NCBI GenBank assembly: GCA_037446155.1
Contig: JBBIJE010000015.1
Span: 11,318-75,317, forward strand
Length of the DNA: 64,000 nucleotides
Source of the DNA: Myxococcales bacterium
GTDB taxonomy: Bacteria > Desulfobacterota > Binatia > UTPRO1 > JBBIJE01
Direction of reading: 5' to 3'
Below are positions 56,707-64,000 of this stretch, piece after piece; position 1 is the stretch's first letter; each line of letters opens with the position of its first letter. The position numbers were made by a program, and so were the translations under genes. A model generated the notes under the pieces. That model had not been told where the DNA came from. It saw nothing but the letters and a program-made list of their open reading frames with translations, and did no database searches.

Positions 56707-58769
56707 TCCACGTACCCAAGCGCGCGCAGCGCCTGCATTCGCCCCGGATCGAGAAAAACTTCGCCCAGATCCGCCCCCAACTGTTCGCGCCTGCTCCATG
56801 TCTCGCGCATCCACTGCCCGAGATCGCGAGCGAGAGCCAGGCTGCCCGCTCCTTCTTCGGGTTGGGTTTCCCCGGGATCGCTTGCCAGGTCATAGAACTC
56901 CTGGCGCGGGAAGTTGAGCGACTGAATGAGCTTGCGATCTCCTTTTCTTACCGCGACCTGAAGATTGATGTTCTGCTTCACGTAGAGCTCGGATACGAGC
57001 GTCCGGGGCGGCAGGGGGCCTCGACCGGTCGCGGCGGGAATTAGGCTAATACCCTCGGTGCCCTTGGGTGGAGCTTGCCCGAGAGCGGCGAGGATGGTAG
57101 GGAGCGCGTCCACGATGCTTACCGGGTCCTCGACCCTCGAGCCTTCCGCGAGCCGGCCCGGCCAGTTCAGGATGAGGGGCACGCGAAGCACCTCCTCGTA
57201 AAGTGTCCGATGGTGGCCCTTTCCGCCGTGCTCGAAGAACTCGTCACCGTGGTCGGCGGTGAGAACGATGAACGTGCTCTCCAAGAAGCCGAGTTCCTGC
57301 ATGATATCCAAGACTCTTCCGATGTGGTCGTCGGTGAAGCGAATCTCCCCGTCATAGAGCGCGAGCAGGTGATCGAGATCGCGCCTGGGCATGCCCGGCC
57401 TTATCCTCGGGTCGGCATGAAAACGCCTGCCCGTGATCGAACCGTCGTAACTCGGGTCGAACATGCTGTCGTAAGGGGCCGGCGGGCTGTAATCGTAGTG
57501 AACGTCGAAGTAGTGGAGGAAGAGGAAAAAAGGCGGTTTGGCGGTCTGCCGCAGCCACTTTTCGATCGCGGGCGCCAAAAGGGGGGCGCTCAGAGTCGCT
57601 TGAGCCCGCATCCTCGACTCCCGATCGGGCGTGAAGGGAACACTGAAGTCATCGTAGAGGTCGAAGCCGCGGTCGAAACCGAAGCGGGAGCTCAACCAGG
57701 GAGCCGAGACGAATGCCGCCGTCTGGTATCCTATGCCTCGCATGACCTCCGCCAGCATGGGGACCGACGCGGGGATCCTGCGCGCCTCTCTCACTCCGTG
57801 GCCCAAAAGCGAGCGGCCGGAGAGAAGCGATACGTGGGCCGGTAGCGTCCACGAGGTCGTAGACCAAGCGTTGGTGAAAAGAACACCGCGTCGGGCCAGG
57901 GCGTCGATCCTGGGGGACGTGTCCCGCGGGTTGCCGTAACAGCCGAGTCGGTCGGCTCGAAGGCTGTCTATGGAAATGAGAAGCACGTTGGGCCGCGATA
58001 AATTGGGGTCGAGAGGTTGGGTATGCGCCTTGCTCGGGGGCTGGGAGGCGTGGCCCCTTGGGACCTCGGAAACAGCGGCGCTCACTCCCCAGGTCAGGGC
58101 ACAAACGAGAAAGAGCGCGGACGAGCGGCGCCGACTGTCGTCCTCGAGCCGAAGCCGAATCGAGGCGGCGAAACATAGCGTCGCGCAAAGCGCGAGCACA
58201 AAACAAGAAGCCAGGGTGCCGTCCCAGATGAAGTTCCTGACCGCTAGGGTTACCACCGAGCTGAACGAATAACGAACCGGCAATTGCACCGAGGCGATCC
58301 ATCCGATCAATTCCGTTGCGAAGCCGAATACCGCGAGCATGCCAAGGACTCTGCGCGCAGTGCACGGCCTGCCGGCTAACGCGACGAGCCAGCCGGCTAC
58401 GATTCCCACAAGGGCTCCTACGGGGAGGGTTACCAGCACGAGATCGCGCCCCAGAAAGAGCGAGTCGAAGAGGTCAGGTCCGTACGCCGAGGAAAGCGGC
58501 GCGGGCATCCAAGCTGGGCCCGCGGTGTTCCGCAAGGCCGCGTAGAGCTCGGTGAGAAAGTTGAACATCCTGGTTTCGGCGAGCGGCTGGGGCGCGATAA
58601 CGCTTCCCCACCACAGGACGGTAAGAAAAGCCATTTCCAGCAAAACCAGCAGCAGGGAGAAGGAGATGCCGGCGATCAGCCCCGCACAGGTAGCGTGCCA
58701 AAACCCACCAGACCTCGTTGCGTTACCTGGTGCCTTGCCGCTCACTGAGGGTTGTTTGCCTTCGGCCAC
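56703..58769 (-). CDS. Membrane-anchored sulfatase-like (alkaline phosphatase superfamily) protein
   Basis: About 5 N-terminal TM helices; PNVLLISIDSLRAD, WTLPAHVSLLSG, YDGEI, TADHG, C-terminal LRALGYVE. Confidence 0.88.
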   Translation of the reverse strand: MAEGKQPSVSGKAPGNATRSGGFWHATCAGLIAGISFSLLLVLLEMAFLTVLWWGSVIAPQPLAETRMFNFLTELYAALRNTAGPAWMPAPLSSAYGPDLFDSLFLGRDLVLVTLPVGALVGIVAGWLVALAGRPCTARRVLGMLAVFGFATELIGWIASVQLPVRYSFSSVVTLAVRNFIWDGTLASCFVLALCATLCFAASIRLRLEDDSRRRSSALFLVCALTWGVSAAVSEVPRGHASQPPSKAHTQPLDPNLSRPNVLLISIDSLRADRLGCYGNPRDTSPRIDALARRGVLFTNAWSTTSWTLPAHVSLLSGRSLLGHGVREARRIPASVPMLAEVMRGIGYQTAAFVSAPWLSSRFGFDRGFDLYDDFSVPFTPDRESRMRAQATLSAPLLAPAIEKWLRQTAKPPFFLFLHYFDVHYDYSPPAPYDSMFDPSYDGSITGRRFHADPRIRPGMPRRDLDHLLALYDGEIRFTDDHIGRVLDIMQELGFLESTFIVLTADHGDEFFEHGGKGHHRTLYEEVLRVPLILNWPGRLAEGSRVEDPVSIVDALPTILAALGQAPPKGTEGISLIPAATGRGPLPPRTLVSELYVKQNINLQVAVRKGDRKLIQSLNFPRQEFYDLASDPGETQPEEGAGSLALARDLGQWMRETWSRREQLGADLGEVFLDPGRMQALRALGYVE

Positions 58770-58771
58770 CT

Positions 58772-60160
58772 CTAGTCCTCGATGTACCCGAGCTCCGCGA
58801 GCTGGCGCTTGACCAGCGGATCGAAGTCGGGCTCGCGACTCAAAGCTCCTTCTGGCGATCTGCGCGCCGCGAGCCAGCCCCCCAACTTCTCGCGCAAGTC
58901 GGCCACGAGTTCCGGGTTTTCGGCTGCGATGTCGCGATTCTCGCCGGGGTCGTTTTGGAGGTCGAAGAGAAATTCCTGCCCGTCGCTTTGCCAGATGTAC
59001 TTGTGGGTGCGGGTCCGAAGAGCCCTTCGACGGACGTCGTGCACCCTGCAGTCGAAAAGCGGATACCGCTCCCTGAAGACGCGAAGGTTAGGGCGGAATT
59101 TCTCCGATACCGTGAAAGTACGATCCGGCGCGACCAAGCCGCCGCGGTCGGCTAGCGCCATCCCCTCGACCGGAGGCGGTTCGATCCGAAGCAGGCTGCC
59201 AAGCGTTGGCAGGATATCCACGGTCTGCGCCAGGGCGTCCGAGACGACACCCACCGGGACAAGCCCAGGGCAGCTCATAATGAGCGGCACCCTGAGGAGC
59301 GTGTCGTAGAGCACGAACTTGTGGCTCATGAGGCCATGGTCGCCCAAGTTTTCCCCATGATCGGCGGTGATCACGAAGAGGGTCCGTTTCAGTCGGCCGG
59401 CGGACTCGAGGATCCGCTCGATCTTGCCGACGAGAGAATCCGCGTACCTAATCTCGCCGTCGTAGAGCGCGGTCAGGATCTTGAAGTCTTCCGCACCCAT
59501 CTCCACGTAGCCGGCGATGTACTTGTTGCAATCCTGATTGACCGACTTTACGCGGCTTCGCGGCACGCCGTTCAGAAACAGCCGATCGTACGGTCTCGGA
59601 GGGTGGTACTTGAGGTGAGGCTCGTTAAGGTGCACGAAGGCGAAAAATGGCTTTTCTTGCGGAACCTCGCTTAGCCAGCGAGCAAAGGCCCGAACCGACC
59701 TTCGTCCGCCGGAATCCCTGCGGCCAAGCGCAGCGTCGATGAGCTTCTGGGAGAAGAAATACTGCCGGGTCAGCTTTTTAAACCGCGGCCGATGGTCGAA
59801 AAAGAATTCGAAGCCCCTCGCTAAGCCGGTCTCGACGATCCAAGGGTTGGCGCAAAACCCCGCTGTCGCGTAGCCCGCGTCGCGGAGCATCTCGGCCAAC
59901 GTGGGAATATGGGGCTCGAGTCTTCTGTGCTCATCTGTCGCTCCGTGGCTGGAGGGATAAAGACCGGTAAAAAGAGAAGCGTGCGAAGGCAGAGTCCAGG
60001 GCGCGGTGGTGATCATGTGGGAGAAGCGCACACCCTGCGCCGCCAGCCTGTCTATGTTCGGCGTTGTTGGAAAACGGTACCCGTAACAGGAAAAATGGTC
60101 CGCCCGCGCGCAGTCGAGAAGAATCAGGAGCACGTTCTCTCTGGGGTTTGGGTAAATCAT
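58772..60160 (-). CDS. Sulfatase-like (alkaline phosphatase superfamily) protein
   Basis: NVLLILLDCARADH, WTLPSHASLFTG, YDGEI, TADHGE, DPGE, C-terminal LAELGYIED. Confidence 0.88.
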   Translation of the reverse strand: MIYPNPRENVLLILLDCARADHFSCYGYRFPTTPNIDRLAAQGVRFSHMITTAPWTLPSHASLFTGLYPSSHGATDEHRRLEPHIPTLAEMLRDAGYATAGFCANPWIVETGLARGFEFFFDHRPRFKKLTRQYFFSQKLIDAALGRRDSGGRRSVRAFARWLSEVPQEKPFFAFVHLNEPHLKYHPPRPYDRLFLNGVPRSRVKSVNQDCNKYIAGYVEMGAEDFKILTALYDGEIRYADSLVGKIERILESAGRLKRTLFVITADHGENLGDHGLMSHKFVLYDTLLRVPLIMSCPGLVPVGVVSDALAQTVDILPTLGSLLRIEPPPVEGMALADRGGLVAPDRTFTVSEKFRPNLRVFRERYPLFDCRVHDVRRRALRTRTHKYIWQSDGQEFLFDLQNDPGENRDIAAENPELVADLREKLGGWLAARRSPEGALSREPDFDPLVKRQLAELGYIED

Positions 60161-60590
60161 TTACAAATCAGCAGCGCTGAGTGCCGACCGGGGATTAACT
60201 CCCGTCTTGGGTGCCTAACTTTCACCCCAGCGGCCGGGCCCCCTAAGCCATGGTTTGGGGCTACGCCCGCGCTCCCCGGGGGCAGCCCACTGCGGCACTA
60301 TAGCGAACCCAATTACAGGGACCGGTTGGGCCGGACAATAGACCGGAAGGGTTCAAAACGGGTCTAGGCCCTAGGTACCGCTGAAGCAACCATGGGCTGG
60401 CGAGGAAAGATCGGTATGTTCCCGAGTCAAGCCATGCGCTTAGGCCTCGGCAGATGGCACTGCACCGCCCGGAGGAAAGAGCCTCTCGTTGACGGTGGGC
60501 GAGTACCAATATCGTGGAAACAACGGTCGGGCGAAGGGGTGGCGTTCCCGACAACAGATGGCTTGAGCGCGACTGTGAGATCGGCGGGGG

Positions 60591-61580
60591 CTAAGGATTG
60601 GGGATTGTGGCGTCGAGGAACTTGAAGTACTCCACGTCGTCGTCGGGGAACTCGAAAATGTCCCCGTCCGGGCCTCGGATAGTATCCGGGCCCGGCTTTA
60701 TCCCGGATATGTCCACTCCAGGGTCGGTGCTGTTGAACGCAAACGTTGCTGTGTCGCTGCCCGTTCCGCCGCGGATCTGATCGACTTCCACTTGGCCCTC
60801 GATTTCTTCTGCCCTGCCGAGCTCGATGACGTCGTCGTTTGGGCCAGAATCGACCGAGTCATTGCCCCTGTTCGGGGTAACGAGGTCGGTGCCGCTTCCC
60901 GCAAGAATGCTGTCGTCGTCGGCCCCCCCTCGCAAGATATCGTTGCCCGATCCTCCGTCCATAACGTCGCTGCCCGGCCCCCCGATGATTACGTCGTCTC
61001 CATTCCCCCCGTTTAGCGTGTCGTTTCCCTTCCCCCCGATTATCCCATCCTGCCCGTCACTGCCGTTTATGGTATCGTCGTCCTCCCGACCTTCGATGAT
61101 ATCCGACCCGCTTCCACCGGTGATCAGGTCGTTCCCCAGTCCCGCGGACACGACGTTCTCCCCCTCGCCGGCAGCAATTGTATCCGCGCCATGGCTTCCT
61201 AGGATCGCGTCATCGCCCAAACCCCCATCGATGTTGTCATTTCCCTTGCCGCCGCTGATACTGTCGTTTCCGTCGCCCCCCTCGATCAGGTTCGCGTCGC
61301 GCGAGCGATCGGCGCTGATGATATCGTTACCCGCTTCCCCTTTCAGTACGTTAAGGCCTTTGCTTCCCTCTATTATGTCCGGCCCGTCTCGTCCCTCGAG
61401 GGTGTCGTTACCTTTCCGACCCTCGAGGATGTCGCTTCCCGCCGTGCCGATAAACACATCATCGAAGTTCGTGCCGACGCAAATGGGAGGGCAAGTCGCG
61501 GGAACGATCGATTGTGCCCACGCCGTGCTGCCCGGCATGCAGAGCAGCCCAAATACGATCGGCAGTTTCGCCAGCCTCAC
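60591..61580 (-). CDS. Calcium-binding RTX-like (GGxGxD) repeat protein with signal peptide
   Basis: GTGA-coupled start at 61580 (the track ATG at 61595 is an alternative); signal peptide ending AWA; ~20 nonapeptide repeats. Confidence 0.85.
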   Translation of the reverse strand: MRLAKLPIVFGLLCMPGSTAWAQSIVPATCPPICVGTNFDDVFIGTAGSDILEGRKGNDTLEGRDGPDIIEGSKGLNVLKGEAGNDIISADRSRDANLIEGGDGNDSISGGKGNDNIDGGLGDDAILGSHGADTIAAGEGENVVSAGLGNDLITGGSGSDIIEGREDDDTINGSDGQDGIIGGKGNDTLNGGNGDDVIIGGPGSDVMDGGSGNDILRGGADDDSILAGSGTDLVTPNRGNDSVDSGPNDDVIELGRAEEIEGQVEVDQIRGGTGSDTATFAFNSTDPGVDISGIKPGPDTIRGPDGDIFEFPDDDVEYFKFLDATIPNP

Positions 61581-62386
61581 GGTGCGAAGGTACATATCTC
61601 TACCGTTCCGTCGAACTTGTATACGTCGTTTCCACCCGAGTCGGGGCCGATCACGTAGTCGGGGCAGTTGTTGACCACCCCCTGAGCGGGGTCGTCTTGA
61701 AAACCGAAGTCGGCCGTATCCGACCCCGCCCCACCGAAAACGAGATTGATTTCCGCGTCACCGTCGACATTCTCCGGATAGTCTCCAAGGACAATCGTAT
61801 CGTTTCCATCTTCCCCAAAAATTATGTCGCTTCCCACCCCGCCTCGCAGGACATCGTCGCCAGCCCCCCCCCTCACTACGTCGTCGCCAGGGCCGCTTCC
61901 GATGGTATCGGCGCCGTCGCCTCCCGAGACTATGTCCCAGCCGTCGCCCGACGAGATTGTGTCGGCGCCGTCGCCGCCGTCGATGATGTCCTGTCCCTTG
62001 TCCGATGTGACGACGTCGTCGCCGGAACCGCCGACGATTATGTCGCCAGTCCTACCGCTCCGGAGAATGTCCGCACCCGGTCCCCCATCGAGCAAGTTGC
62101 GGCCCCGGCCCCGTTCGACGAGCTCGTCGTCTCCATCCCCGCCGAACAGCAGGTCGTTCTTGCCATTGCCTTCCGCGTTATCGCGGCCATCGCCGGCGGA
62201 GATCAGGTCCCTGCCGCCGCCCCCGAAAATATCATCGCCCGCTGCCGAGCCGGTAATTTCGTCGTTGCCGCTCGTGCCGATGATCGTAGCTGCCTGGAGA
62301 ACGCCGACATAGGGGAAAGTCAGGACCGCGCTGATCGCTGCTCCTACAAGCAGAGCCCCCGTCCGCGTGAGGCGCAACCTTCTCAC
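61577..62386 (-). CDS. Calcium-binding RTX-like (GGxGxD) repeat protein with signal peptide
   Basis: Signal peptide ending LQA; tandem GGDGADTI-type repeats; C-terminus paralogous to that of the neighbouring RTX gene. Confidence 0.85.
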   Translation of the reverse strand: MRRLRLTRTGALLVGAAISAVLTFPYVGVLQAATIIGTSGNDEITGSAAGDDIFGGGGRDLISAGDGRDNAEGNGKNDLLFGGDGDDELVERGRGRNLLDGGPGADILRSGRTGDIIVGGSGDDVVTSDKGQDIIDGGDGADTISSGDGWDIVSGGDGADTIGSGPGDDVVRGGAGDDVLRGGVGSDIIFGEDGNDTIVLGDYPENVDGDAEINLVFGGAGSDTADFGFQDDPAQGVVNNCPDYVIGPDSGGNDVYKFDGTVEICTFAP

Positions 62387-64000
62387 GGTTCCCTAACCTT
62401 CACCACAGGGCCGATCAGTTGTGCCTCGCGAGCGTCAAAGAGGCAGAGCCGGTTCGGCTCGTCTACGCACTCGCCGTCAGGCGCGCAGCTCGAGCTTTCG
62501 GTGCAGAGCGTCCCATCGTTGGGGCCCCCGCGGCAAATCATCCGCCCCGGATCGGCCTCGAAGACGAGCACTCCCCAACGCCGCGATGTCAGAGGCCGCG
62601 AGCTTGCGCCCGGACCGCGTATGATGAGCTGTCCGAGAACACCGCCGCGAGCGATGTCGAAGAAGAAAATCGATTGATCGGGGTTGCCATGGCTGGGTAT
62701 CAGGTCGCAGGTAGATTCGAACGCGACAAATGTTCCCTTCGAAGAGACGATCGGTTGGTTGTTCTCGCAAGCCTGGGTGTGGGTAAGTTGCGCGAAGCCG
62801 GTTTTCTCGTCCCAGAGGAAGATCTCGCGGTTGAGGTCGGGGTTCTCGCCCGTAAGGTCGGCGTCTGACATGAACGCGACGACCCGTTTTTTACTCTGAG
62901 CCGGCTCCTCGCTCACGGTTGCGTGGACGCATGCGCCGAAGGGGCAGTCGGAAGGGGCCCCGCAGGCCTGCAAGTGGTGGGGACCTCCCTGGCATCTGTC
63001 GCTCGAGGAGTCGATCCGAGTGATCTGCGTTACGCTATCGAACGTTTTCACGATTCGATAAATCTGGCGGATCCCGAGCGGATTAGGCTCGAGGAGGCTG
63101 CCGGTCGAGCTGAACGCCGTGGCCCTCGTCGAGAAGTTGACGCTGCGACCCACGATGCTCTCTCCGTCGGGAGCCGTCGTAATCTGTTGGAGCGCTCCCG
63201 AGCGGTGGATCCAGAGAAAGAGCTCGCGCGAGCCGTCCGCGTTCCCGCAAGATCCTCCGGGACAGTTGACGTCGCTCCCACAGGGCGCCCCAACGAAAAG
63301 GCCACCTGCACAGGTCCCGCTGGCCAGGTCACCGGGAGAGTCGAAGACCAGAAGGTTGCCCCGCATAGCTCTCAGATTAGGGTGCAGATTCTTGACGGTT
63401 TGGCTCGCAGTATCTGCCGTTCGGCTAACCTGGTTGAGTATGCGCCTCTTGAGGTCGAAATGGAAGACCTCCCTGTTGTGGTCAGTATTACCACAAGTGC
63501 CCCCTGCGCAATCGGCGTCGGTCTCGCACTGAGTGATGGGGTCGAAGAGACCGCCGGGAATCGTTCCTTCGCAAAAACTCGCGTTTGATACGAACGCAAG
63601 AAACCTGCCGCTGCCATTTGTCGTTGGCATCTCGTTGATGATGGCGATACTCGAAAAGTCGTTTTCTGAAGTGTTGGTCACCTGCTGGAGAGACATCCGT
63701 AGCGCAGTATCTTGATCGCTACCTTTCTTGAGGGCTTTGAGGAAAAGCTTGCGGCTGAAGACGTAGATCTCTCTATTGCGGTCGGGGTTGAGTCCCAAGT
63801 AGTCGGCGGTGGATTCGAAAGCGACATGCTTCGCATTGACGCTGATGGTTGCGTTCTCTCCCTCGAAGCAAGAGAGATCCTCGAGTTCGCAGTTGAAGCA
63901 GCCGTCATCTGGCAGATTGTTGCCGTCATCGCACTCCTCGGGTGGGTCTAGGACGCCGTCGCCGCACTCTACAGAGGAAGTGCAATCCGGCTCGCAGCCG
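62383..64000 (-). CDS. Cys-rich repeat / TolB-like beta-propeller protein (5' end outside window)
   Basis: The frame stays open to the edge: GCEPDCTSSVECGDGVLDPPEECDDGNN...; repeated VAFxSxxDL..NxDxNREIF blades with inserted Cys-rich mini-domains. Confidence 0.8.
   Translation of the reverse strand, partial: GCEPDCTSSVECGDGVLDPPEECDDGNNLPDDGCFNCELEDLSCFEGENATISVNAKHVAFESTADYLGLNPDRNREIYVFSRKLFLKALKKGSDQDTALRMSLQQVTNTSENDFSSIAIINEMPTTNGSGRFLAFVSNASFCEGTIPGGLFDPITQCETDADCAGGTCGNTDHNREVFHFDLKRRILNQVSRTADTASQTVKNLHPNLRAMRGNLLVFDSPGDLASGTCAGGLFVGAPCGSDVNCPGGSCGNADGSRELFLWIHRSGALQQITTAPDGESIVGRSVNFSTRATAFSSTGSLLEPNPLGIRQIYRIVKTFDSVTQITRIDSSSDRCQGGPHHLQACGAPSDCPFGACVHATVSEEPAQSKKRVVAFMSDADLTGENPDLNREIFLWDEKTGFAQLTHTQACENNQPIVSSKGTFVAFESTCDLIPSHGNPDQSIFFFDIARGGVLGQLIIRGPGASSRPLTSRRWGVLVFEADPGRMICRGGPNDGTLCTESSSCAPDGECVDEPNRLCLFDAREAQLIGPVVKVREP

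Overview
A 64 kb high-GC bacterial chromosomal window with no rRNA, tRNA, CRISPR array or mobile element that I can support. The style of the secreted proteins (CGDG...EECDDGN Cys-rich repeats, a dockerin-like tail, helical Cys-rich domains) suggests a Binatota/deltaproteobacterial-type organism; that is inference only. The first ~43 kb mix housekeeping genes (hppA, motAB with a sigma-28 promoter, gpmI, ppc, cysH, metH) with accessory genes: a Cyc2-like fused cytochrome c-porin, an exosortase H-like pair, two paralogous secreted beta-solenoid proteins, an NHL-propeller pair, and an AmmeMemoRadiSam operon whose proteins appear to carry export signals. The last ~20 kb (43965-64000) are a co-oriented minus-strand cell-surface locus. 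It encodes a dockerin-tailed adhesin-like protein next to a cohesin-like protein, a helical Cys-rich domain repeated four times over three adjacent genes, a 4-Cys mini-domain inserted into unrelated folds, signal-peptide-bearing RTX proteins, Thr-type sulfatase-like enzymes and glycosyltransferases. This locus is the best candidate for an undescribed system. All family assignments come from reading motifs by eye; no database search was run.
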